This document shows positions 13,015-24,122 of a stretch of DNA of 64,000 bases, in pieces. Position numbers and translations under genes: made by a program. Source of the stretch: Oopsacas minuta (taxonomy: Eukaryota; Animalia; Porifera); the NCBI GenBank assembly GCA_024704765.1, contig JAKMXF010000317.1:310160-374159 (forward strand), written 5' to 3'. Each line of letters opens with the position of its first letter. Position 1 is the first letter of the stretch. The notes below the pieces were generated by a model. The model had not been told where the DNA came from, did no database searches, and worked only from the letters and a program-made list of their open reading frames with translations.

Positions 13015-15045
13015 TCATGTCCTCACACTCCTAGAGAAATACCACAACGAGAATATGGACATGCCAATATAACTAAGGGTCAAGTATAATCCCATTAATA
13101 GACAAATAGAAACAAGTATACCAACAGCCAACCATGGAGTATACTGACACGTCAAGTAGAAAATCTCTTTATCACCATAGGGAAATTGATTACTGAACTG
13201 TATTAATTTCCCATTCTTCAAACTGCTATAATCGGTAATATTGTTATATCCCATGTAGAATGGTCTACGTGCAGTGAATTTTTGTGGTTTAGGATTGTTT
13301 GTCCATATAACCGAGTCTTTATGTAGGCAGCAATTGTTGTTATTTCCCATTGATTCATTTTTAGTGCAAAATAGAGTTTCTTGATTCTCCTTCATAGCAT
13401 TCTCAAACCCTGAACACATAACTTGTAATCCATCATTAGCTGAGGTCTCTTTATAAGGATGAAAATCATAGCAAGGGTAAGGAAACGGGATAACTGTGTA
13501 GTTGATTGAGTCTACCAAAGTGATATCATAAAAACAGGTATCTGCTGGGAACCACATTGACATAGGTTGTATCGTATTTAATTGTTGGTTGAAATATTTT
13601 TGGTTTTTCTCATAATCCTTGTAGAATAAGAGCCTAGTCTTATTTATATCTTTGTAACCGGTGTCATTATAATAATGTTTAAGAGAATCAAAAATTGTCA
13701 ATTGATAGGAGGGTGAACCTGATATTTTAACACTGTCACATGAATTAATGAATGTAGAGAGTTGAGTATCATCTGGGGGAGGGACTAGTATATAGTCTCC
13801 TGGGTGGAAATCTATGCGAAAATCATCTCCATCCGTAAATCTAAGGTATCCAATGAAAGAAGCACAAAAAACGGAAGAAAATAAAATGATAAATCCGATG
13901 AATAGAAAGCGTTTACGTTTATGTCTCTTCGCGCCTTCTCGATTATCAGATTTCACAGCTCCTTTTTTCGTTGTTGGATATGCGAAATATGCAATGAAAA
14001 GTAAGTATGAGAACGAGGGTATATATGCTAGTATATCTGTAACGACCGACATCGCAAATAACAACTCTACTTTGTTGGAACTTTCTTTTGCAATCGATAC
14101 GATTAGGCCAACCAAATTACCCTCTATGATATTAAGGAACAGGTATATGAGAAGAAATACTGAGTATCCACACATATATTTTCTCCAAAACTTCATCTCT
14201 TTTTTAAATCCGTCTCTCATTTCGTCTGGAATTAAGAGACGACGTATTCCATGTTGATCCTCATCAGTATACTCATTTGATCTATTTATCATTATATGTC
14301 TCATGTATACCGCCAATGGAATGAATATTATCAAACTTAACAGGATTTCCACCACCCTTAGTAATTTTGCGAAAGTGTGGAATGGGTATGCTTCTAATGC
14401 TAAAGTTTGAATAGTTGAATCATCTTCAAAATCACTTATGTTAATGATTAATTCCCAGATATTAAAATGACAAGCGAACACGAAGATTACCCGAAGTGAA
14501 AGAAGGAGTGTAAATATTTTGAAGTAAAATTCTTTACCAGTCAAGTTGTTTATGGAGTTTACAAGAAACAAGAACCCCCAAAGTATTAGATTTCCCTCTG
14601 CTGCTTCGTGTGTTGCCTCCAAGAAGTAGAGTACATAATGAGAAGTTGGAATGACATATGTATATAGATCTTTCGACCCACCCTGCCCCTGAGAATTGTT
14701 AACTATATGCAAATATCTCTCGTCTATGAACATTTTATACAAGAAGTATATCCCATGCACTGACATTACAATGGTCAATAACATAAAGATGATAACACTA
14801 ACCAAGAAGCATATAACTATCCGTAAATGATCATATCCGTACTGTTTATTTTTGTCAAAATGTCCTCCTCCTCCTAGCGTTACTTTCTGTACACGGGAAT
14901 AATACATATCAATAAGAAATATAATAACCGGTAAAGTGAATAGTGATACAAGCAAAGATATAGCAAATACTCCCATACCTATTCCAATATGCAGTTCACC
15001 TGTAGGATAACCGCTAGCCACTATCATGTCCCATATCGAAATCAT
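13015..15045 (-). CDS. Uncharacterised 676-aa multi-pass membrane protein (about 9 hydrophobic segments: 7TM-like block, then TM - Cys-rich loop - TM)
   Basis: Uninterrupted 2031-bp ORF in AT-rich DNA; hydrophobic segments read by eye; CTGCAG acceptor 2 nt before the ATG. Family not recognised. Confidence 0.8.
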   Translation of the reverse strand: MISIWDMIVASGYPTGELHIGIGMGVFAISLLVSLFTLPVIIFLIDMYYSRVQKVTLGGGGHFDKNKQYGYDHLRIVICFLVSVIIFMLLTIVMSVHGIYFLYKMFIDERYLHIVNNSQGQGGSKDLYTYVIPTSHYVLYFLEATHEAAEGNLILWGFLFLVNSINNLTGKEFYFKIFTLLLSLRVIFVFACHFNIWELIINISDFEDDSTIQTLALEAYPFHTFAKLLRVVEILLSLIIFIPLAVYMRHIMINRSNEYTDEDQHGIRRLLIPDEMRDGFKKEMKFWRKYMCGYSVFLLIYLFLNIIEGNLVGLIVSIAKESSNKVELLFAMSVVTDILAYIPSFSYLLFIAYFAYPTTKKGAVKSDNREGAKRHKRKRFLFIGFIILFSSVFCASFIGYLRFTDGDDFRIDFHPGDYILVPPPDDTQLSTFINSCDSVKISGSPSYQLTIFDSLKHYYNDTGYKDINKTRLLFYKDYEKNQKYFNQQLNTIQPMSMWFPADTCFYDITLVDSINYTVIPFPYPCYDFHPYKETSANDGLQVMCSGFENAMKENQETLFCTKNESMGNNNNCCLHKDSVIWTNNPKPQKFTARRPFYMGYNNITDYSSLKNGKLIQFSNQFPYGDKEIFYLTCQYTPWLAVGILVSICLLMGLYLTLSYIGMSIFSLWYFSRSVRT

Positions 15046-15273
15046 ATCTGCAGTGTATACGTGTAGCCAAATTTACCAATTGATAATTAATCGTGTTTAT
15101 TGCATTTTATTGCATAATTTACGGCCTATTCTTAAAGAGTCATATATTAACCTGATCAAGTATCACTTCACATATGTAATTTGAACGTTTTACCTATTTA
15201 GGTGGTATGTGTATATTACAGCATACTGTTGACAGAGCGAGTATATCTTCCAATTCCTTTGACTATTGTGTAG

Positions 15274-15750
15274 ATGTTCTTACGAATTATTCCATCTTAC
15301 TTTTCACTGTATCTCTCCATCTGTTCATTGCTTTTCAAACCCTGTTTTTTCTCCAGCCAGAGCTGGCATAGAATCAGTGAAATCATTGAGTTGCATTTGA
15401 GAGACGGACATCCTTGTTTGAAAATTCCTCTCGTATCCAGACAGGGTAATGTATTGTCATACCTGAAGCCTATTACAGATACTGTGGGCAGCTTAGTATC
15501 ACACATACGATAGGAAGATCCAGGTCTGCAATAAGTGGAGCTGATGAGTACTGAAGGGGACAGATTTGCACTCTCCTCTCCTGTCAAACACCTTCTATTT
15601 GGGAACTTTGACCTCCAGCTGAATGACAAGCGCTACAGAGTAAACCTGACAGAGCAATTGAAGATAAAATCAGGTCTAGACGTTAGTAGTGAATTGTCTA
15701 ATGAAATAGGAGAAGTAAAGAATTCTATTCACAAACTGTATGTAGCTCTT
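15274..15750 (+). pseudogene. MCU: 5' fragment of mitochondrial calcium uniporter (presequence-like N terminus + N-terminal domain), two in-frame stops, truncated before the TM/DIME region
   Basis: Single frame ...LRDGHPCLKIPLVSRQGNVLSYLKPITDTVGSLVSHIR*EDPGLQ*VELMSTEGDRFALSSPVKHLLFGNFDLQLNDKRYRV...IGEVKNSIHKLYVAL aligns by eye with the MCU N-terminal domain (LKPISDSVG, EEDRGI, FKLVIND, LNDVKTLVQQLY; recalled reference). Stops at 15511-15513 and 15532-15534. Confidence 0.85.
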
Positions 15751-16464
15751 ACGCGAACTTGGAAACCAGAAGACTTCTCACCATAAAAGGAGCTCCATCT
15801 GTGCATACAGCGCTAACTTTATGACAATCAAGTGGCCGAGAGAAAACCAACTCTTCTTTGAAATCACAATTGTGGATTTAACGTACATATACCATAAGCT
15901 GAGCACAAAAAGAAACATCTGTTGACTCGTCCAATTGTAAAACATAAATTGATGACTGTTAAATCAGCTCTACTACTTGGTTCTTTATACCTTCCGACAT
16001 TTCTTCAATTCTGCGTTGAACAGTGTAATCAGAATGTGACAGAGAACTTAGCTTCTTCACTGCGTCCGCCTCAAACATAAATCGCACAATGTCTTTCGTG
16101 CAAGGCTACACTACCTCTTCACCAATGGTATGAAGTTTCTCACATTTTGCAATCGCAGTGAAACAACATAAGTCACTTCAACTGAGCTCTTGTGCTTGCA
16201 AATGTCTGTCCATTAGTGTCAAGTCTAGACTTCTTTACAGAATCTGCTTTTCTCTCGAAGATTGAAACATCTCGATCTGTGTATGTTGGATGTTCCTTCT
16301 CAAAATGTCTCTTAAGCTTGAACGGCTTCATGGACTCTGCCAGATAATTTTTTAATGCATTCCACATATTGTGGCTTTTCAATATTTTGCGTTACTAAAC
16401 TGGCATATCCAAATTGGAGATAATCATCTGATTAAGGACACTTAGGAGCACGTTTCGTAGCCAT
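15751..16464 (-). pseudogene. Buster/Charlie (ZBED8-like) hAT transposase fossil, 5' half
   Basis: From ATG 16464: ...DDYLQFG...EKPQ...AESMKPFKLKRHFEKEH...RKADSVKKSRLD, then QLDESTDVSFCAQLMVYVR, AVCTDGAPFM, SGFQVR ending at 15751; stops, frameshifts and an internal deletion. Confidence 0.88.
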
Positions 16465-16802
16465 TTAATTGAAAGAAAAAAGATATTTGAATTAAGCAAA
16501 TAATATAGTACTTTATATTTAAGCTTGCATACAATTTTATACTTTTATAGGTTTAGCCATAAGCCTATGGTTTAGTTAATTAACAAGTATATAACACGTT
16601 GTTATGTTTTCAATATTATTTCAATCAACAATACTGTGTCGTACAACAACAATGGTTGCAAATCGATACTATTAATGAAAGGAAGTATCAAAAGTATAAA
16701 TATTTGGAAATACAACAAAATGAGAAATAAGAAAATGAAAATGAGTTATATACTAATTGGATAAAGCAAGATTATAGGAAATACACTCAAAGTAAGGAAA
16801 TG

Positions 16803-18002
16803 TTAATATTTCTGGAAACGGCCTTTATCTTCAATGCCACTATTCACACATATAATATTATCTGAGTTATCTAATACAATACCATACAAGGAAAAGAGAT
16901 GTCCTCTACCCAGAATATGTTTCATCACTCCTTCAGGTGAGAAGATACGGATATAGTTGGCTGTATTGTCTGTAATTAAGAAGTTCCCCTTCTTATCAAT
17001 CGTGAAGAAGAGAGCTAATGTCATTTGCTGTTCCTGTCCAGTTAGCTGTATAATATTCTGGAGAGTACAGTCTCTGTTGTAGCAGTAGATGGAGTTGCTC
17101 CTTTGAGATAGGATGTAGATCCTGTCAGAGAATACTGTAATGTCTCTTGGTTTTTTGAGTTCTCGGTGGCCGAACTCCTTAATGAAGTTAAGATTAGAAT
17201 CAAATATTTGAATTCTTTGTATATCACAATCACAGACATATATTAACCTAGCTTCATGACACAATCCTGAGATATGAGTAAATCGTCCTTCTGTATGGCC
17301 TCTTGAGCCTGTTTCCTTTAGGAATTGTCCAGATAGGCTAAACTTCACAAGAGACTCTTTAGCTCTATCAGTAACGAATACTTCATCTTTCGACAGACAT
17401 ATACCGTATGGCTCCTTCAAGTGGTCAGTCCCAAAAGAACGTAAATACTTTCCTTCGGTATTCAACACTTGAATACGACCGTTGCCTTTGTCACAAATAT
17501 ACAATTCATTACTCGCTCTATCTACTGCTATTCCTTTGGAATTATGCAACTCTCCATTTCCTCTACCCCTCTTACAAACTTTAAGAATAGGGTTTTCCCT
17601 CCTCACGTATTCAGGAATGATTTCAAACAAATCTATTTCATCAATGGTTTCACGAATTATATCAGAGTAACAACGGAACTCAATAAACTCCAAGTTATCC
17701 ACTTTTACCTTTTCAGCTATTCTCAGTTCGATGTCTCTATCTAGCGTTTGTTTGACTATGTCTAGTGATCCTCCTACCAAGTTGCTAGTCATTGTAGCTA
17801 GTATTTGATCTTTGGATATTCTCAACTGATTTATTGCTTCCTCCAATTCTACATTCTTGTCGTGTCCTTCCTTCATTTTAGCGAGTCTAGACAGAAGACT
17901 ATTTCTGTGATCTGACAGATATTGGTAAAGTTCATCAAAAGTTCTGATTATTTCCATCTTCAGAGCTTCTAGCTTTTGATCGACATTGAAAACTGCAGCC
18001 AT
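16803..18002 (-). CDS. Coiled-coil + NHL-repeat beta-propeller protein (TRIM-NHL-like, no RING/B-box), subfamily A, intact, 399 aa
   Basis: Repeats such as GIAVD..NELYICD.GN.RIQV, EPYGICL, KPRDITV; helical N terminus; paralog at 32574-33774. Confidence 0.9.
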   Translation of the reverse strand: MAAVFNVDQKLEALKMEIIRTFDELYQYLSDHRNSLLSRLAKMKEGHDKNVELEEAINQLRISKDQILATMTSNLVGGSLDIVKQTLDRDIELRIAEKVKVDNLEFIEFRCYSDIIRETIDEIDLFEIIPEYVRRENPILKVCKRGRGNGELHNSKGIAVDRASNELYICDKGNGRIQVLNTEGKYLRSFGTDHLKEPYGICLSKDEVFVTDRAKESLVKFSLSGQFLKETGSRGHTEGRFTHISGLCHEARLIYVCDCDIQRIQIFDSNLNFIKEFGHRELKKPRDITVFSDRIYILSQRSNSIYCYNRDCTLQNIIQLTGQEQQMTLALFFTIDKKGNFLITDNTANYIRIFSPEGVMKHILGRGHLFSLYGIVLDNSDNIICVNSGIEDKGRFQKY

Positions 18003-19106
18003 TTCTATTCTAGAAATTCAATAATATTTGTGTATATATTTCTTGGGAAAATTACAAAAATGTTCAGCTAGCTGTCATTTCATTATCCGTACAATACGTC
18101 TTCATTAAAACACGTATTCAACAGCTTAGTGAATAACCAAAACGTATGAAAATTCTTAGCATATGCACTTGGAAGTAGGATGATGTAAACAGGCTTGTTA
18201 TCCAGGAACGCGACTCCCGCCTACAGGCAAAAAATTTGTGTAGTTAGGAGCAAGAAAATTTTGAGAGTTAGGCGCATGTCACACGCCAATTTTGGCGAAT
18301 AATGTAATAATGGTAACAATCATAAAGGTCAATTGAAATGTATTATTGTTTATAAGAATAATCAGTTGAATTCATTAATATTGTAAAATTATTCAAAAGG
18401 TAAACTGTGTATAATTACAGGGAGGAAGCTTGATAAATGATATTTAGGTTGAGTCCTAATACTACTGGTATTACACCTCTGGAATGTAGTATTAACCGTA
18501 GAATATGTAATGGATGTATGGTTTGATTAAAATTAAACTTCGATGCTTCCAAAATTCAAATAGTCTAGGCGCGTAAGTGAAATCGAGAACTCATTTAGGC
18601 GCGCTACATATAAAACATGGAAGAAACCCTGGATGAATATCCAAGTGACAAGCCTAAGATATATTATGTTTGTATTTACGTATTGAATATCAAATTATCA
18701 AGTGTTAATCAAGTAATTAATAAAATACCAAATTACAAACAATCAAAAGTTAACAAACTCACAAAAAATATGTTGTTGACTTGTAGTGTTCAAATGTTGT
18801 TGTGTTGTTGATTGATAATATATTGTGTGAATTATCAAATATATTCTATACACAATCATATCATCTACAGACTATATCTTAGCTATGTGGCTATACAATA
18901 ATACTTTCACTATCATATTTCAATTAACATTACTGTGTTGATTTCTATTACTTGTATAGTGGCTCAGTTCTAACAGAACTTTGTACACTCAATGCCGGTT
19001 ATAAGAACATCGCCGGGAACTGGACATAATGTTCTTATACCCGATAAAATTCAATGGAGTAAGATACAAAAGATTCGGTAAATCGAGTTATGGTTCGTAT
19101 AACCGG

Positions 19107-21932
19107 CATAGGCGTAACTGTGGGGGGGGCTGGGGGGAGCATTGCTCCCCCCCCATTTTATAATTCTTGCCCCCCCATCTCTGGAAAATGATTTATTCCA
19201 CGAAGCGAATAGTAATGATAAATAGGAACATTAAAATTATTATCTGTTGAATAAATGTGTCACTACTATATTCTCCATCCATAAACATCACATTCAAAGT
19301 TTCAAACTAGTCTAATGTCATGGATTTTTTACGTAGTCCTTCATTCATTTCTAATATACCTATAGCATTTACTTAGTTTTATTTATAAATCGCGCGCTGG
19401 CTTTTATAGCATAACATAACCTTTCCAAAGAATGAAACGTTTTGATTCAGTGAATATTTATTCCAATTTCTATCTTTTATTAGCATGAATTTAGATTATT
19501 TTTCAAATCTCTGAAAATGTTGATTTCTTTGTTGGTGAAGAACAATGTACCTCTATGGAAGATCATGGTGAACCCCAAGCTGTTACAACCTTAGATACTT
19601 CTTCTACTTCAAATACTCTATCAAAAGCAAAGGATTTGTCTTCTGTGGATGCAGATAGATTGAGTATCCCAGATTCGTTCATATTTCCCACTCGCCTTGT
19701 TGGTGGGCATCTACGCTCCTTTTCCTTACAATGGATGAGAAAATATGATTGGCTTGAATATAGTTTGGAGGTAGACAGAGTATTTTGCAAACCATGTCGA
19801 CATTTTGATGTCAACAATTATCGTGGAAGTTTTTGTGGACCTCTTTTAGGAATTGGTGTTAATGATTGGAAAAAAGCTAGGAGAAAAGTTATCCAAACAT
19901 GATAGCAGTAATTCACACAGCATCGCAATTGTAAAGTTCAAAGATTATAAGTGTACGAAGCTTGTTTTGGGTGGCAGTGTTGTCGAAATGTGCGATATAC
20001 ATCATCAAGAAATTAAGGGACTCCTATTGAATACGCAACATTTTCACTTTGTCATAGATCTTTTATTATTCCTTGCAGGACAAAACCTATCAATACGTGG
20101 CCATTGTGAAAATATTCCCAAAGTGCTAAAGATAGTAGTGATAATATGGGGAATTTTTTAGAAATGCATAAATTCATCTTAAAGTATTCTCCAGATATCG
20201 CTAAGGCTTATAGAAATGCTAAATACAAGATACTCTCTCCCAAGATCCAAAATGATATCCTACAAGCTGCTGCTATTGCTCTGGTTCATGAAATTAAGAT
20301 AGAATTAATGGATAGCTATTATTCGATATTGGCAGACGAGACAAGAGACTCTTGTAGCAATGAGTTAGTAGCTGTTTGCCTACGTTATCTCCATAAAGGT
20401 GACATTCATGAGAGGGCAGTTGGTTTTGTCGATGGTTCGTCAGATCTTTCTGCGGAAGGTATTTCAAATTCAATTTTGTTAATACTTGAACAATTGGAAT
20501 TGGATCCAGATAAATGCGTCGGATTTGGGTTTGATGGTGCATCAGTTATGTCTGGGAATAGAGGTGGTGTACAGGCAATATTAAGGCGCACATATACTCG
20601 GGCTAGTTACGTCCATTGTCACTCTCACAGACTAAATCTCGTACTACAGCATGTTGCCACTAAGGATGAAGATTTAAAGGTGTTTTTTAGTTTGACAAAT
20701 AATCTTGTGACCTTTTATAGATATCCTAAACGCAACGCTATCTTAAAACGAGCACAGAAAAGACTTCGTTTGGGGAAGCAGTTGGTCTCACTTCCTCGCC
20801 CGATAGATATTAGGTGGTTATCTAATGCGTTAACAGTAGAAAGAATTGCTATCCTCTTCCCTAGCATTATTGAAGCACTAGAAGAATTGGAAGCTATTCC
20901 AGATATCCAAATCCAGGCACAATCTCTTTTACATCATTTGCGTTCCAAGAAATTTATATTCATTTTGAACACCCTTTCTAAGATACTTGATGCAGCCAAA
21001 TGCTGCACAAAAACTCTTCAGAGCCATTCTTTGGCACTCGATAATGCTGTTGGATTTATTAATGGATTACGTGACTTACTAATTATGTATAGAAGTGAAG
21101 AATATTTTTTTGAAGTTTTCAAGTTGACAGATGAAATTGCATTTAAATTCGAAATCACAGCTTGGGATTCCAGAACTGAAAGAGTTCGACATGTTCCTCA
21201 ACGTTTTGATGATTACTTTGATTGTAATATTAGATATACAAAGACAGTACGTTCTGTTGAAGATTTGAAAATTATTTGGCACGATTTATATGACAACTTA
21301 TTAGGAGAGATTGATCGTCGATTTTCTGAAGATAGTATGAGCTTTTTTCATTGTACTCATAATATACTAAATAGAAATAATTACTGCGAAAGTGAATTGA
21401 CTCAACGATTCAATATAATCATTCCCGAAAGTGAAGCAATTATGTTTAATGCATTTTCTCAACGTTCCCTCGTAGAGACACCAACTTTGCTGGACCTGAC
21501 TTCTATTTGCGATCCTAACATATTTGATAATATCTCAACATTGTTAAATATTCTTGTAGTTTGTCCAGTCACAACAGTGTGTGTTGAACGTCTATTCTCT
21601 ACTGTGAATCTAATCCACAGTTCACATCGAGCGAGTATGTTGACAACAAGATTGTGCAATTTATCACTACTCTCTTTTGAAACAGATATAACAAAGAAGC
21701 TTCAAGAAACTCCTCTTATAGTAGAAAAAGTTATGCGAAAGATGGTCAAGAAGTAGTATGCTTGTAGTTAATATTAGATTTGATGATTAGATACCTACTA
21801 GGAATAGATACTAGTTTTTGTAATCCTAGCTTCATTACTAATTGTTCTAGATCATTTTGCCTTCTAAGATTTATTGCCCCCCCATTTAGGGTCTGTTGCC
21901 CCCCTCCAAATTTAAAGTTTGTTACGCCACTG
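19107..21932 (+). mobile_element. hAT transposon (ZMYM1-like / TTF-zinc-finger type), 2826 bp
   Basis: TIR CA(TA/GT)GGCGTAAC (10/12); TSD ATAACCGG / ATAACCGA (7/8); G/C-run subterminal repeats. Confidence 0.9.
19555..21756 (+). pseudogene. ZMYM1-like hAT transposase, two frameshifts
   Basis: TTF-type WLEYS...VFCKPCRHF; ILADETRD; GFGFDGASVMSG; HCHSHRLNL; IRWLS; PVTTVCVERLFS; spread over ORFs 19555-19902, 19853-20161 and 20146-21756. Confidence 0.9.
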
Positions 21933-22863
21933 ATAACCGATGTTCTTATATGCGGCATCTACTCTATATATGTAGATATTCAATTGGTATTCTTCTGGTG
22001 AAAGCGAACAGATTTTGACAGTCCGTTGGTGCTCGAATTAATAAGGTTCCAGTTTATATACATAATTCCAAACGATATGAAGAGAAATGTTGGATTTTGT
22101 AGACATAACATATAAAGAAGCAAGGCAATCCCGATAATTGCCACGTCTCCCCAACTTCCAACGGGCCTGATTACTAATCAAACTTAACAACTACGAAAAG
22201 GACAAATAAGCATTGTAGATAGAAATGGCACAAGTGGCACAACATGGCCAAGTCGCCACCTGTGTGTAGGGAAAAGTCTACCAAGGTTGTTGTGTGGCCG
22301 CTATAACACAATAACTTATAGATGTTGTGAAAAGTTGGGAATAATTTTGATTGTAAAAGGTCACATGTTTATCCTGAAGGTGTATACAACTATACATTCC
22401 CTATCCTCCTATGGGATCAGCAACTCGTGGGGTCACTAAGGGTAGAGGCACTAAGCCAGTGGCGTATACGAGGAGGATTTTGGTGTTCAAACATCCCCTA
22501 TGACTGGTTTCTAAAAGGGATTTGTTGTTATGAACAATTCGATTTCCTTAATAAGTGCAGAGCTTTTGGAATCATATTTACAGAATGCTATCCACTTTTC
22601 ACAATTATTTTTTCAACGAGTTTCCAGACGATATCCAAGAAGACTTTAGATGACTAATGTATAACCAGACTAAATTTGTATTTAGTAAACAGGGCATATA
22701 CAGTGGAGTGAGCTTGCTTGCAAGTCAGGTATTGCATGAGAAAAACTTGCTAATAGAGCAACACAATCAATTTGATAAATACTATTTTTGTATGTGTAAC
22801 ATGTATATACGTGTATGTGATGATATAATACGTATAAGGATATTGTAGTACACTTACGAGAAA

Positions 22864-23088
22864 CAGTGCCGGATTTAGGTATGTGGGGGCCTTGTTCGAG
22901 GGAAATTCCCAGGGCTCACTGAAGCCAATTCAAAGCCGTCACAGTTCGCCCACCTGTCCCCATTCCTCAAATTAGAATGCTTGTGTTTATTGTGTATTCA
23001 AATTTTTCACAAGTAAAATCCAACCCTATAAGTAGTACCACTCTAAATGTGGGGCCCTGTTCGACCGCACACTCCTAAATCCGGACTG
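22864..23088. mobile_element. hAT MITE (225 bp)
   Basis: TIR CAGT(G)CCGGATTTAGG; perfect 8-bp TSD ACGAGAAA (22856-22863, 23089-23096). Confidence 0.9.
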
Positions 23089-24122
23089 ACGAGAAAGCTT
23101 TCTACATAATTCAAAAGCAACTACAATTGAAGAATGGAAATTAGCTTTACTACAATACTACAGAATAATCTCATTATAGCAAGTACTTATTCTTCTTGCT
23201 CAGAAACGAACTAAGTGTTCCCATCAAGAATTCTCATACCAGTTGGTCTGTGTGCATTTCTCGCCTTTTCTCCTGAACCTGAATGCAGTAACACAGGTTT
23301 AGATCACATCGTTGGCGGGATGCGAAATTATGAAATGTAGCCTCTGCGTTGGAGTACCTTTACGTATTTCTGGTTCTTTCGTTTAGGGCAAAGGTGTACT
23401 GACTGGTCTTCCAATTCTGTAAGAGATGATGTACAGGTTTTATATCTATTTCCAAAGAACCAACGCTTTCGAGGGCGTCCCATGTGTTTACCAATTTGGA
23501 AGTGGTCTTGAGAAGTGTTAGGAGACATTCCAAAAGAGGTGAGTGATTGTGAAATCCACTAACTACTGTCTCAGAGGTAGATTCATTTTGAGATGGATAT
23601 CGAGGTAAGGTAGTATCCAGAGGAGGTACAGGAGGCGATGAAATATAGGAGATATCATCTGAATCTGAAAATGAGTCTGAGAAATCTCCCTGCTCATTGA
23701 GGACATGTTCTTCATAACTTGAACTTGATTCATTTGACGTCATCTGAGACAACTAAAATTATCTAATGTAACTGAAAGAAAATAAGATATAATTATCACT
23801 AATACATATTTTAGGTAATATCTTGCCAAAAAATTCAATATTAGCAACTTCGAGAAATTACTAAAATATTCACAATTTCCTTATGTCCTCCGAGGTCTTA
23901 TAGGATAGTGTTGTTTCATATTTTTACTGTAATCAGGGTATAGCTTATCAGTTGCCTAAGATGTAGTCTCAGACAATTTATGAAAGCTATCAAGTGCTAT
24001 TTCATGTAGCCTCTATGTTATCTAAAATGACCTAGAAGCGTAAACAATGAACTAAAATTAGTGAATAGAAAGTTGACTATTACAAAACTACTGGAAAAAT
24101 GTTTAGAGCCATAGCCCATAGC

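Larger units (their letters stand above)
18986..21964. mobile_element. Small pogo/Tigger-like MITE that hosts the hAT insertion at 19107
   Basis: Inverted repeat ATGCCG..TATAAGAACATCG (19/21) near 18992 and 21938-21958, with TA at both outer ends; ~145 bp once the hAT is removed. Confidence 0.5.

Noticed and set aside
13814-14257. 147-aa plus-strand ORF and similar short antisense ORFs over the NHL, hAT and orphan genes
   Set aside because: Shadows of real opposite-strand coding sequence.
15511-15534. TAG/TAA at positions where Gln would fit in MCU, suggesting a ciliate-type genetic code
   Set aside because: Long ORFs here lack internal TAA/TAG and genes end in TAA/TAG (NHL-A, MGLL); C-to-T nonsense changes in a truncated copy explain it.
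16803-18002. Bacterial origin of the intronless NHL genes
   Set aside because: The TRIM-like coiled coil + NHL layout, host-like AT content and splice acceptors fit animal TRIM-NHL derivation; only a phylogeny could argue for transfer.
23180-23752. Ser/Pro-rich ORF 23360-23752 with coding-like continuation
   Set aside because: Stops in every continuing frame and no recognisable family; possibly a decayed exon, but not supportable as a named feature.
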